Shown piece by piece: positions 8,413 to 17,599 of a stretch of DNA of 34,679 nt. The notes under the pieces are model-generated. The model did no database searches, was not told where the DNA came from, and saw nothing but the letters and a program-made list of their open reading frames with translations. Each line of letters begins with the position of its first letter. The stretch's first letter is position 1. A program made the position numbers and the translations under genes. Origin of the DNA: Chloroflexota bacterium (GTDB taxonomy: Bacteria; Chloroflexota; Dormibacteria; CF-121); the NCBI GenBank assembly GCA_005881235.1, contig VBEQ01000147.1, positions 1 through 34,679 of the forward strand, in the 5' to 3' direction.

Positions 8413-10641
8413 CTAAGCGGCGACGGGTTCGTCGGAGCCGATGCGCCGGTGCCACCTGGCGAGGCGTCGGGGCGCCCACCAGTTGGCGCGCCCCAGCAGC
8501 CGCATCACCGCCGGCACGATCAGCGCCCGCACCAGGGTAGCGTCGATGGCGACCGCCAGCGCGAGTCCCAGCCCGATCGACTTGATCAGCACGACGTCGG
8601 CGAGGCCGAACGCGAGAAAGACCGCCGCCATGATGGCAGCGGCGCCCGTGATCAGCCGGCCGCTCTTCTCCAGCCCACTCGCGACCGCCTGGGTCGTGTC
8701 TCCGGTGCGCCGGTACTCCTCCTGGATGCGGCTGATCAGGAGCACCTCGTAGTCCATGGAGAGCCCGAACACGAGGCAGAAGAGCAAGACCGGAACCGAC
8801 GGATCGAGGGGCGCGGGCGTGAAGTTGAGCAGCGAGCTTAGATGACCTTGCTGGAAGACCCAGACGAGGGCTCCGAAGGAGGCCCCGATCGACAGGATGT
8901 TCATGATGACCGCCTTGAACGGCAGCACCACGGATCCGGTCAGCAGGAAGAGGACGAGGTAGGTCACGATCATCACATAGGCCACCGCCAGCGGAATCCG
9001 TTGCAGGATGAAGTCGGTGAAGTCGAGTGAAAAGGCATCGATCAGCACGCTGCTGCCGGGAGGCGGGGTCATGCTGCGTAGGGAATGGACGATGCCGCGC
9101 GAGGCATCGCTTTCCTGCCCAAACTTGGTGACGACCGAGAGTACCGCGATCTGCGAGCCGGTGGTCCCATGGACGATCGTCTGCACCCGCGCCGGCTGCG
9201 CCGCGGCCGGCTGGGTGAGCAACGCCTGGTAGGCGGAACGAGCCAGAGAGGGGTCAAAGCTCACCATGCTCTCGACCCCTTCCACTCCGCGGATCTGTTT
9301 GATCTGCTGAGCCATGTCATAAAGATCGCCAACCCGCTCACTCGTCAGCGGACCGCCGCTCGGATAGCGCACTACCACGTTAAAGAAGGTCGATCCCTGT
9401 CCGGGAAACTTCTGCAGCTGGTCGTAGCCCCGCCGCGTCTCGGCGTTGGGCGGAAGCATGCCGACGTCACCGTTCGCAATCCGGATCTGGAAAATCGGCG
9501 AGGCCATGACCAGCAGTAGCAGGACGATCGGCACCAGCACCACGACCGGCCGTCGCATGACGCGAATAGCGAGGCCGTGCCACAGTCCGCGACCCTCTGT
9601 CCGGCGCGGCAGCGGCAGGCGCACCCAGTTCACCCGATGACCGAGGATGGCGAGCAGGGAAGCGAGGAAGGTCAGCGCGTAGAGCACCGCGATCGCGACC
9701 ACGATGGTACCGGCGAAGCCCATCGACGCCAGGAAGGAGCCCTGGAAGAACAGCATCGCGCTCAGCCCGATCGCGACCGTGATCCCGGAGAAGGTCACGG
9801 CACGCCCGGAGGTCCGCATGGCGGCGATCAGCGCTTGTTCGACGATCTGGCCGGCGGCCAGTTCCTCGCGGAAGCGGTTGACGATGAAGAGCGAGTAGTC
9901 GATCGCCACGCCCAGGCCGATCAGGGTGACGATGTTGGTGGAATAGGTCGAGACATCGGTGACATGGGCGAGCAGGCCGACTCCGGCGAGGCCGCCGATG
10001 ACCGCGAACGTGCCGACGCCGAGGGGCAGCGCCGCGCTCACAAGTGTCGCAAACACAATGAGCAGCAGGGGCAGGATGAGGAGGAACGAGACCAACTCCG
10101 CACGCTGGAGGTCGGACTGCAGGTATTTGTCGAACTCGTTTCCGATGGCGACATTGCCGGTGCCGAGCACCTCCAGCTGATTTGAGTGCACTTCGGTCCG
10201 GAGCTGCTGGTAGAACTGTCGCGCTGACGCGTAGTCGTCCTTGAGGCTCACCTGGGCAAAGATGTGGTGACCGTCGGTTGAGGTCATGGCCCTGGCTTGC
10301 TCAGCTGGTACATCGAAGGGGGTCTCGATGCTCTTCACCCGCGAGTCAGCTTTGAGCGGTTGCAGTGCGTCGAGCACCGCCTGTTTGAATGCCGGGTCCG
10401 CGACGCCCATCGCCTGACTGCCGAAGACGAGGACAAACGATGAACCGGCTCCTTCCCCGCTCTGGGGCAACTGGTCGTGCATGAGGGCGAGCGCCCGTCC
10501 GGACTCGGTGTTCTGCCCACCGCTGTTCTTCAGCGTGCCGCCGTTGCGCAGCGCCAGGATCGAGGCGGCCAGCAAGACCACCGACACGCCGAGCACGGGC
10601 CAGCGGAACCGATAGACGAAGTGACCCCACCACGCAAACAT
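8413..10641 (-). CDS. MMPL/RND-family transporter
   Basis: GLGVAIDYSLFIVNRFREE, SGRAVTFSG, FGLSMDYEVLLISRIQEE, DATLVRALIVPA..LLGRANWW; ATG 10641 with GGAGG SD lying in the tetR 3' end. Confidence 0.93.
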   Translation of the reverse strand: MFAWWGHFVYRFRWPVLGVSVVLLAASILALRNGGTLKNSGGQNTESGRALALMHDQLPQSGEGAGSSFVLVFGSQAMGVADPAFKQAVLDALQPLKADSRVKSIETPFDVPAEQARAMTSTDGHHIFAQVSLKDDYASARQFYQQLRTEVHSNQLEVLGTGNVAIGNEFDKYLQSDLQRAELVSFLLILPLLLIVFATLVSAALPLGVGTFAVIGGLAGVGLLAHVTDVSTYSTNIVTLIGLGVAIDYSLFIVNRFREELAAGQIVEQALIAAMRTSGRAVTFSGITVAIGLSAMLFFQGSFLASMGFAGTIVVAIAVLYALTFLASLLAILGHRVNWVRLPLPRRTEGRGLWHGLAIRVMRRPVVVLVPIVLLLLVMASPIFQIRIANGDVGMLPPNAETRRGYDQLQKFPGQGSTFFNVVVRYPSGGPLTSERVGDLYDMAQQIKQIRGVEGVESMVSFDPSLARSAYQALLTQPAAAQPARVQTIVHGTTGSQIAVLSVVTKFGQESDASRGIVHSLRSMTPPPGSSVLIDAFSLDFTDFILQRIPLAVAYVMIVTYLVLFLLTGSVVLPFKAVIMNILSIGASFGALVWVFQQGHLSSLLNFTPAPLDPSVPVLLFCLVFGLSMDYEVLLISRIQEEYRRTGDTTQAVASGLEKSGRLITGAAAIMAAVFLAFGLADVVLIKSIGLGLALAVAIDATLVRALIVPAVMRLLGRANWWAPRRLARWHRRIGSDEPVAA

Positions 10642-10642
10642 C

Positions 10643-11266
10643 TCAGCGCACCTCCAGAGAGACTCGCGGTCTTGTTGCAAAGGCGATCGCCATCTCACTC
10701 AAGGCGTCGATGGCGGCCTCGGCGTCGAAGTCGGGGTTCATCACCTTCTGCAGGTAGATGCCGTGCAGGCTGCCCCACAGGGCGGCCGCGATGGCGTCCG
10801 CCGAGGCAATCGGCGCCTCATTCATACCGGCGATGACGCCTTGCGTGATGCGCGCGATGAACGCCCGCCGTTCATCGATGAACGCGCGCACGGCCGCGGC
10901 GATCTTCGGGTTGTGCAGGCCGACACCGAACATGTCGAACGTCAGCAGGAAGAGCCCGCGGTAGGTCCGGAGTTCCTCCTTGGCCAGCTCGAACCCCATG
11001 CGGGCGACCACCATGGGGTCGGCGTCCTCCGGCAGCGGACCGGTGAGGTTCATGCCCGCCTGGCGCCAGGCCTCCATCACGGGCTGGCAGGCGCGTTCGA
11101 TGGTGGCCACCAGCAGGTCTTCCTTGGTCTCGAAGTAGTAGTGCGCCAGGCCCGGCGCCACCCCGGCCTCGGCCGCGATGTCCTTCATCGAGGTCTCGTG
11201 GTAGCCCTGTTTCACCAGCGCCCGGTAAGCCGCGTCGACGATCCGCTCCTTGGTCTGATCGGGCAC
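10643..11266 (-). CDS. TetR/AcrR-family transcriptional regulator
   Basis: HTH: ERIVDAA...GYHETSMKDIAAEAGVAPGLAHYYFETKEDLL; GTG start with AAGGAG SD. Confidence 0.93.
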   Translation of the reverse strand: MPDQTKERIVDAAYRALVKQGYHETSMKDIAAEAGVAPGLAHYYFETKEDLLVATIERACQPVMEAWRQAGMNLTGPLPEDADPMVVARMGFELAKEELRTYRGLFLLTFDMFGVGLHNPKIAAAVRAFIDERRAFIARITQGVIAGMNEAPIASADAIAAALWGSLHGIYLQKVMNPDFDAEAAIDALSEMAIAFATRPRVSLEVR

Positions 11267-11287
11267 ACGCGACTCCTTGCCCTTTTA

Positions 11288-11344
11288 TTTGGTCAATCAA
11301 TCAAACGCGGAGCCCATTAAACCAAACCTCGGCCCCGACGTCAA
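11288..11344 (-). promoter_or_regulatory. sigma70 promoter of tetR-mmpL-MFS with candidate TetR operator
   Basis: Minus strand TTGACG (11344-11339), 17 bp, TTTAAT (11321-11316); imperfect palindrome TTTGATTGATTGACCAAA (11305-11288) just downstream of the expected start site. Confidence 0.7.
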
Positions 11345-11360
11345 GGCCCGACAGAATGCG

Positions 11361-12629
11361 CTAGCCCGCGACAGCGGGGCGGAGGACCGGCTCGGGATGC
11401 GACGTGTACTCGGCCACCAGGCGGTCGACCGTATCCTTCCAGGTGAACTGAGTGGCGACGAGGCGGCTGCGCCGGCTGAAGCAGCGGCGGAGTTCCTCGT
11501 CGGCAAGCAGGCGACCGATCCGCTCGGCGTACTGAGCCGGTTCGTGGGACACGAGCGTGAAACCGGTCAGGCCATCTTTCACGATGGTCGGAAGGCCTCC
11601 AACACGCGCCGCGACCACGGGCGTCCCGCAGGCGGCCGCCTCGAGCGCCACCAGACCGAACGATTCGCTGTAGGAGGGGACCACGCAGACGGCCGCCAGG
11701 CTGAGGTAGCTCGCCAGCGCGGGCTGATCGACCGACCCGAGGAAGCGCACCTGCCCGCCGATGCCGAGCGAATCGGCAAGGGCCACCAGCCGGGCCTGCT
11801 CGCCACCGCTCAGCCGGCTCTCGCTGGCGCCGTTCTGGCTATCGGCGCCGATCACCAGCAGGATGGGCGGTTCGGATTGGACCCGATCTCCGACCAGGTG
11901 TGCCATCGCCCGGATGACGGTTTCGGCCCCCTTGAGTCGCTCGAGGCGCCCGGCGAAGACCACGACTTGGGCGTCGCCCAGACCCAGCCGCTTGCGAAGC
12001 GCCGCGGTCGACCGCTGGGCGAAAACCTGGAGATCCACGCCGGGGGCGACGACGCTGAGGCGGTTTCGCGCGGCGCCGTAGAGCCGGATGAGGTCATCCG
12101 CCTCCTGGGTGCTGGAGGCGATCAGGCGGTCGCAATTTCGGACGATCGCCTGCTCCACGGCGATCCGATGCTCGGGCTCGACGATCGCACCCTCCGCGGC
12201 CCGCTCATTCTTGACGCGTGCCAGCGTGTGGAAGGTGTGGAACCAGGGCACGCCCCACTCGTCGCGTAAGCGCGAGGCGACCCAGCCCGAGAGCCAGTAG
12301 TGACTGTGGATCAGGCTGTAGCCGGTTCGGCGGCGGCGCTGCTCGCTCAGGATTGCCTCGCTGAAGTCGGGTAGCAGATCGAAGAGGCGCGCCTTGTCGA
12401 TGTCCTCGGCGGGCCCCACCGCAAGCCGCGTCACCCAGCTTCGCTCGGCCAGCCGGGTCCGGTCCGGCCCTTGCGCACTCGACCGTCGCGTGAAGACTTC
12501 GGTCGCGATGCCGCGGCCGCTCAACTCCTCGCAGACCGCCCGCACATAGACGTTCATCCCACCGTTTTCGCCGGCCCCGAGGGCGGCGACCGGCGAGGCG
12601 TGCAGGCTGACGATCGCAAGCGGTTTCAA
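11361..12629 (-). CDS. GT4 glycosyltransferase, MshA-like (D-inositol-3-phosphate glycosyltransferase family)
   Basis: SLHASP..LG...GGMNVYV, IHSHYWLSG, HTFHTL..VKN, GRLERLKG, PSYSESFGLVALEA; TTG start with GAAGGAG SD. True MshA function not established. Confidence 0.85.
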   Translation of the reverse strand: MKPLAIVSLHASPVAALGAGENGGMNVYVRAVCEELSGRGIATEVFTRRSSAQGPDRTRLAERSWVTRLAVGPAEDIDKARLFDLLPDFSEAILSEQRRRRTGYSLIHSHYWLSGWVASRLRDEWGVPWFHTFHTLARVKNERAAEGAIVEPEHRIAVEQAIVRNCDRLIASSTQEADDLIRLYGAARNRLSVVAPGVDLQVFAQRSTAALRKRLGLGDAQVVVFAGRLERLKGAETVIRAMAHLVGDRVQSEPPILLVIGADSQNGASESRLSGGEQARLVALADSLGIGGQVRFLGSVDQPALASYLSLAAVCVVPSYSESFGLVALEAAACGTPVVAARVGGLPTIVKDGLTGFTLVSHEPAQYAERIGRLLADEELRRCFSRRSRLVATQFTWKDTVDRLVAEYTSHPEPVLRPAVAG

Positions 12630-12812
12630 CTATCCGTCTCCTTCTGGTTCGCGTGTCGCCATCCCATCGTCGCCGTTTGCGTAGCGCGCGGTCAACTTCG
12701 AATCCGTACCAGCTCGCTGCGAACCGGCAGCAAAGCTGTGCGGCCGACGCGACCGTCGTCCGGATTCTTAGCCACCCTGGCCCGAAGCCAAACTTCCCTA
12801 CAATGCGCGGGC

Positions 12813-13937
12813 GTGGCTTCCCCTAAGCGTCTCCTCTTTCTTTTTTCGGACACTGGCGCAGGTCATCGCGCCGCCGCCGAGGCCGTCGCTGCCGCCCTGG
12901 CGCGCCGATACCCTGACGCGTTTCAGGTCGAGCTCTTCGACCCAATGCGCGACCACACGGTGCTGGCCGGCCGCCTCACCGCGCTCTATGGGCCGATCAC
13001 GCGGCGCCTCCCATTTTTGTGGGGCGCGGCCTACCACGCCACCAACCTGCAGCCGACCGTACGCCTCTTCCAGCATGCCATCGGCCGGGGATTGCGTCGC
13101 AAGCTGCGCCAGGCACTGGACCCACGTCCCGCCCTGGTCGCGAGCTTTCATCCACTCCTGAACCATGTTGCGGTGGACGTCATCCCCCATGGCGTCCCGC
13201 GCGTGACGGTGATCACGGATTGGATCAACTTTCACAAGGCATGGACCGACCTGACCGCGGACTGCATCGTCTGCCCGTCCGACGCCGCTGTCGAGCTTTG
13301 CCGGCGGCGCGGGGTGCCCGCCGATCGCCTCGTCAAAGCTGGGCTGCCAATCCATCCACGCTTCCAGGACGCCATCGGGCAGTTCACCGACAAGCGGTCG
13401 ATGCGACTCAAACTCCGCCTGCGGCCGCACGCGCCGACGGTCTTGCTGGCGGGAGGCGGCGATGGAACGGAGCCCTTGCGCAAGTACGCGGCGGCGCTCG
13501 CCCGATCGCCCCTCGACGTCCAGGTGCTCGCCGTGGCGGGCCGCAACCAGGCGCTGGCGGAGCACCTTCGCGAGGATAATCACGCCGGCGTCCACGTGTT
13601 CGGCTTCGTCGACAACATGCCGGAGCTCTTGCTCGCCTCTGACTTGCTCGTCACGCGAGCCGGCCCAGGGATGATCGCGGAAGGCCTGGCGTGCGGCTGC
13701 CCGCTGCTGCTGACCGGCTACTTACCGGGTCAGGAAGAGGGCAATGTGAAAGAGGTGGTGGACCGCGGCTTGGGCCGGTTCGTGCCGCGCCCGAACGACC
13801 TGGTCGCGGCAGTGAGCGCGTGGTTTGCCGCGCCGCAGGCGCAACGGTTCGAGGATGCGCAAAAGGTTCGAGCCGCCGCCAATCCCGACGCGGCTTTTCA
13901 GGTCGCCGAAGTGCTCGTCAGACTGGCGGACGGATAG
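12813..13937 (+). CDS. GT28 MGDG-synthase/UgtP-like diacylglycerol glycosyltransferase
   Basis: SDTGAGHRAAAEA, TVITD..FHKAW, GLPIHPRF, GGGDG, FGFVDNMPELL.ASDLLVTRAGPG, LPGQEEGN. GTG 12813 lies 8 nt after TACAAT. Confidence 0.88.
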   Translation: MASPKRLLFLFSDTGAGHRAAAEAVAAALARRYPDAFQVELFDPMRDHTVLAGRLTALYGPITRRLPFLWGAAYHATNLQPTVRLFQHAIGRGLRRKLRQALDPRPALVASFHPLLNHVAVDVIPHGVPRVTVITDWINFHKAWTDLTADCIVCPSDAAVELCRRRGVPADRLVKAGLPIHPRFQDAIGQFTDKRSMRLKLRLRPHAPTVLLAGGGDGTEPLRKYAAALARSPLDVQVLAVAGRNQALAEHLREDNHAGVHVFGFVDNMPELLLASDLLVTRAGPGMIAEGLACGCPLLLTGYLPGQEEGNVKEVVDRGLGRFVPRPNDLVAAVSAWFAAPQAQRFEDAQKVRAAANPDAAFQVAEVLVRLADG

Positions 13938-13952
13938 GCAGGCGCAGAGGCT

Positions 13953-14513
13953 TCAGGACGCGGCGCCGAAGTCGACCTTGTTGGTTTCGACCGTCCCGGC
14001 GGTCCGCCCGGGCGCCCTCTGGTCGGTCCAGTACAGGTTGGTGTGCGCGATGACCTGGTCCGGCGGGGGCGCTCCCCATGCCGTCAAATCCTCCGTGGTA
14101 TGGGCGTCTTTGACAAGGGTCGCGTCGTAGCCCCTGACGAACGCGCCATGTAGTGTGGAGCGGACGCACATGTCCGTCTGGGCCCCAACCACGACGAGTC
14201 GCCCGACGCCCAGCCCTGACAGCACCGTCTCGAGGGTGGTGTCCTCGAAAGAGTCGCCGTAATTCTTCTCGACGAGCGGCTCAGCCTGGCCCGGACTCAG
14301 CTCGGGGACAATCTGCCACTTGTCGCTCCCCCTGGCGAGCCCCTTGTCGGAGTGCTGAACCCAGACCACGGGGACCCGTTCTCGCCGCGCCTTCTCGACA
14401 AGGCTGGCGACATTGGCGACGACCGCGTCGCGCTGGTGAGCGCCCTCGACAACCCCGTTCTGGACGTCGATGACGAGAAGCGCGGTGTTGGGCCGGTTCT
14501 GCAGCGTGCTCAC
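13953..14513 (-). CDS. Isochorismatase/cysteine hydrolase family protein
   Basis: ALLVIDVQNG, VEKNYGDSF, GAQTDMCVRST (Asp-Lys-Cys triad), DAHTT. Confidence 0.9.
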   Translation of the reverse strand: MSTLQNRPNTALLVIDVQNGVVEGAHQRDAVVANVASLVEKARRERVPVVWVQHSDKGLARGSDKWQIVPELSPGQAEPLVEKNYGDSFEDTTLETVLSGLGVGRLVVVGAQTDMCVRSTLHGAFVRGYDATLVKDAHTTEDLTAWGAPPPDQVIAHTNLYWTDQRAPGRTAGTVETNKVDFGAAS

Positions 14514-14522
14514 GGTTTCACC

Positions 14523-17315
14523 TTACACGGCCGCGCTCGGGCAGAGAAGGCGGAAGTCGCAGCCGCTGCATTTCATGCGGTCGGGCTTGGCCACAAACAG
14601 CTCGGCGCGAATCCCTTCCGCCACCTTGACGATCGTTTGCCGGTCCTCGTCGAGCCGCTCCCGTGGCTTGTCGACGGTGACCCGCTCGCTGGTCTCGAGG
14701 TAGTAGTAGGAGAGGCTCAGCGGATCGAATCGGAAGACCTCCCGGGCAGCGAGCGCATACACGCCAAGCTGCAGGTCCCGCTGTAACTCCACGGCCCGCT
14801 TCGCCGAGCCGGTCTTGTAATCGATGACCTCGTAGCTGCCGTCTGGATGACGGTCGACACGGTCGATCCGGCCGGTCAATCGGAGCCCATCTACGCGGAG
14901 GCTGAATGGCTGCTCCAGCAGCAATGGCTTGCTCAGGTCGCCGGCGTCGAACGCCCGGCGCAGGTAGGTCCGGCCCAGGTCTTGCAACGAGGGCGCCTGT
15001 TCCGGCGCGCAGAAGCGTTCTTTTGCCCAGGCCGCCACGTAGGCCGAGTCCAGCATGGCCCAGGTGAGTGGTGTCTCACGGTCGATGCTGCCTAGCGCAT
15101 CTTTGAGGGCTTCGTGCAGGATCCGTCCGAACTGCATCTGCGGCTTGGGCCGCGTCGGCAAACGGAACACGAAGCGGTACTGATACATCTGCGGGCAACG
15201 CAGGTAGGTGTCCACCTGCGTGTAGGAGAGGGCGGCGATCGGCGGTGCGTCGTTGAGCGGCAGCTCCACCTGGCGGGCCACCTCCACCAGGCCGACGGTT
15301 GCCGCGAGCAGCTGCGGACCGGCCAGCTCGCGCGCGCCCTCGCCGCGGATCGGCGTCAGGAACCGCGACGGCCGCCAGTCGCGTACGCCTTCATAGCGGG
15401 AGGCCAGCGTGCAGACGATTTCCTCACGGGCGCGCGTGAGGGCGACGTACGCCAGGCGGCGTTCTTCCGCGAGGTGCAGCTCAGCTGCAGGCAACTCCTC
15501 CTTCAAGAGCTCGTTCGGAAGCGTCAGTCCCTCGCCGCGTCGGCTCGCCGGAAAGCGCCCCTCGACAAGGTGGGGGATGATGACAAGGCCGAACTCCAGC
15601 CCCTTCGCCTGGTGCACCGTCATGAGGTGGACCGCGTTCACCGTCTCATCCAATGGCGCGATCTCCTCGTCGGCTTGCGCCGCCTCGGTCGCATCGAGGT
15701 GCTTGAGGTACGCGGAGAGGTGGTGATCGGGATGCTCGTCGCAGTACGCTGCAATCAGCTCGGCGAGCCTCTGGACATTGGCGCTGACCTGTAAACGCTC
15801 AATCGGTCCGAGAAACCGCTCCAGGTCGAGGTAATGGGTCTGCTCCATCACCTCATAGAAAAGGTCGTCGACGCCAAGCCGAAGCGCAAGGCCGTTGAAG
15901 CGCCGCAGGTCCTCGGTGAGACGGCGCGCCCCATTGTCGTTCGACTCCTGGAGGAGGTCGAAGAATCGCCGCCCATCGTCCCGCGCCTGGCGCGCCCAGC
16001 GGCCCGCTTGCACGGAGTCCGCGGCGTAACGCGGCAAGCTCAGCAAGCGCATCAGGCAGACAACATCGTCCGGGCTGTCGACCGCGCGCAGATAGGCGAG
16101 GCAATCCTTGACCTCGGGTTGTTGATAGAAACCGCGACCGCCGCTGACCTGGTAGGCGACGCCCAGGCGCTGGAGCGCCCGCGCGAAGTTGTGCAGGTGC
16201 GCGTTGGCGCGCAGCAGAATGGCGATCCCGTTCGGGCGGTACCGCCCTTCGTCGATTGCGGTTTTGACCAGGGTGGCGACGGCGTCGGCTTCCTCGGTGA
16301 CGTTGGTCGCCGTCAGCACGCTGACCGCGCGGCCCTCGCCGCGAGTCGCGAGCAGCCGCTTCTCCAGGCGCTCCGGGTCATCGCTGATCAACCGACCGGC
16401 GGCACGGAGGATGGGCCCGCGGCTGCGGTAGTTCTCCTCGAGGCGGATGACGGCGGCATCGGGAAACACGGCGTGGAAGCGCCGCAGGTTGGCCACCGAC
16501 GCGCCACGAAACTTGTAGATGCTCTGGTCGTCGTCCCCGACGACGCACAGATTGCGCTCTGTTCCGGCAAGCAACTCGAGCAGGCGGCTCTGGGCGAAGT
16601 TTGTGTCCTGAAACTCGTCAACCATGAGATGGGTGAAACGCCGGGACTGCCGGGCGGCAACCGATGGTTCCTGCGTCAGGAGCTGCACGCTGAAATAAAT
16701 GGTGTCGTCGAAGTCGAGGCGCTCCTCGGCGAGCAGCCGCGCCTGGTACTCGCCGTAGACGAGCGCGGCTTGCCGTTGGGCGGCCAGCACCGGATCATCG
16801 ACGATCGGGTTGGCCTCGGCCCACCCGCGGAATTCCAGCGGAGAGACTAACTCCTGCTTTGCTCGTTCGACCAGCTTGAGCAGCTCGCCGATGCGCTCGT
16901 AGGGCCGCTGGGGATGGAAGAGGTGGGGCGGCCGCAACTCCAGCAGGACGTCGCGCATGAGCTCCCACTTGCGCACTTCGGACACGATGCGAAATCCCTT
17001 CGGGATGCCGCAGAGCCAGCCCTCTTCCTGGAGAAATCGCTGGGCGAAGGCGTGGTAGGTGAGGACGAATCGCTCGCCGGCGGGAAGGTAGTCTTCCTGC
17101 TCGACCCGGTCAAGCACTTCGCGCGCGGCCTTCTCCGTGAAGGTCAGGAGCAGAATCTGTTCAGCCGGCACGCCGTCCTGCCGCAGTCGGCGGTAGCGCT
17201 CGACCAGCACCCGCGTCTTCCCGGTGCCCGCACCGGCCACGATCAGGAGTGGCCCTCCGGCGTGGTCCACCGCTGCCCGCTGGGCCTGCGTGAGGGCGGC
17301 GGCACTCGCGATCAT
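14523..17315 (-). CDS. UvrD/PcrA-like SF1 helicase fused to C-terminal PD-(D/E)xK (RecB/AddB-like) nuclease
   Basis: Helicase motifs AGAGTGKT, DEFQD, VGDDDQSIYKFRG, NYRS, TVHQAKGLEF, EERRLAYVALTRA; nuclease motifs SYTQ..YLRCP, GRILH, GRIDRVD, IDYKTG, QLGVYALA, CSGCDFRLLC. Confidence 0.92.
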   Translation of the reverse strand: MIASAAALTQAQRAAVDHAGGPLLIVAGAGTGKTRVLVERYRRLRQDGVPAEQILLLTFTEKAAREVLDRVEQEDYLPAGERFVLTYHAFAQRFLQEEGWLCGIPKGFRIVSEVRKWELMRDVLLELRPPHLFHPQRPYERIGELLKLVERAKQELVSPLEFRGWAEANPIVDDPVLAAQRQAALVYGEYQARLLAEERLDFDDTIYFSVQLLTQEPSVAARQSRRFTHLMVDEFQDTNFAQSRLLELLAGTERNLCVVGDDDQSIYKFRGASVANLRRFHAVFPDAAVIRLEENYRSRGPILRAAGRLISDDPERLEKRLLATRGEGRAVSVLTATNVTEEADAVATLVKTAIDEGRYRPNGIAILLRANAHLHNFARALQRLGVAYQVSGGRGFYQQPEVKDCLAYLRAVDSPDDVVCLMRLLSLPRYAADSVQAGRWARQARDDGRRFFDLLQESNDNGARRLTEDLRRFNGLALRLGVDDLFYEVMEQTHYLDLERFLGPIERLQVSANVQRLAELIAAYCDEHPDHHLSAYLKHLDATEAAQADEEIAPLDETVNAVHLMTVHQAKGLEFGLVIIPHLVEGRFPASRRGEGLTLPNELLKEELPAAELHLAEERRLAYVALTRAREEIVCTLASRYEGVRDWRPSRFLTPIRGEGARELAGPQLLAATVGLVEVARQVELPLNDAPPIAALSYTQVDTYLRCPQMYQYRFVFRLPTRPKPQMQFGRILHEALKDALGSIDRETPLTWAMLDSAYVAAWAKERFCAPEQAPSLQDLGRTYLRRAFDAGDLSKPLLLEQPFSLRVDGLRLTGRIDRVDRHPDGSYEVIDYKTGSAKRAVELQRDLQLGVYALAAREVFRFDPLSLSYYYLETSERVTVDKPRERLDEDRQTIVKVAEGIRAELFVAKPDRMKCSGCDFRLLCPSAAV

Positions 17316-17599
17316 CCGGAGGACTGCCGGAAGCGGATCTCACGCACCGCGGGCGCACCGATCCGTTCGTTGAGCCGGTCGATCAGCATGGTTCGCTCGA
17401 GATGTAGCTGGTGCGCAAGCGCCGGACTGCTGGCCGTCACCAGCAGCGTGCCGCCGGTGAGCTTGAGCGCCTTGGTCTCGCGGGCGAGGTGCTCTCCGAC
17501 CACCTGCGGCCACAACCACAGCGCCTGCGCCTCACGCGTCCGGCGCGTAATGCCGAGCGACGCCAGCGTTTTGGGAAGCGCGGATCCGATGCTACGCAT
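17312..17599 (-). CDS. DUF721/DciA-family protein
   Basis: WPQVVGEHLARETKA..L..GTLLV..SSPALAHQL pattern; canonical position directly after recF. Confidence 0.85.
   Translation of the reverse strand: MRSIGSALPKTLASLGITRRTREAQALWLWPQVVGEHLARETKALKLTGGTLLVTASSPALAHQLHLERTMLIDRLNERIGAPAVREIRFRQSSG

Noticed and set aside
8370-8434. Alternative hairpins after the mmpL stop (GGCCGGCG/CGCCGGCC; CGACGAACC/GGTTCGTCG) as terminator or attenuator
   Set aside because: No U-tract, and short GC-rich stems are expected by chance at this composition.
6428-8841. Long ORFs 6428..8479 (-, 683 aa) and 6760..8841 (+, 693 aa)
   Set aside because: Arg/Pro/Gly-rich shadow frames of the MFS, lipoprotein and MMPL genes, as expected in high-GC DNA.
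11361-12629. Assigning gene symbol mshA
   Set aside because: Family motifs match, but MshA-like GT4s occur in organisms without mycothiol and no other msh gene is in the window.
12700-12767. Known riboswitch (c-di-GMP-I, hammerhead) identity for the intergenic structure
   Set aside because: Only a GCAAAG fragment resembles c-di-GMP-I and it lies on the less favoured strand; hammerhead core motifs are absent. Kept as an unknown structure.
14514-14529. GGTTTCACCTTACACG as a second parS
   Set aside because: Right arm has several mismatches and the sequence is explained by the helicase stop and the SD of the next gene.
14523-15230. C-terminal nuclease as a Cas4 or defence gene
   Set aside because: It is fused to a UvrD helicase in a housekeeping replication/repair operon, with no cas1/cas2, array or other defence genes.
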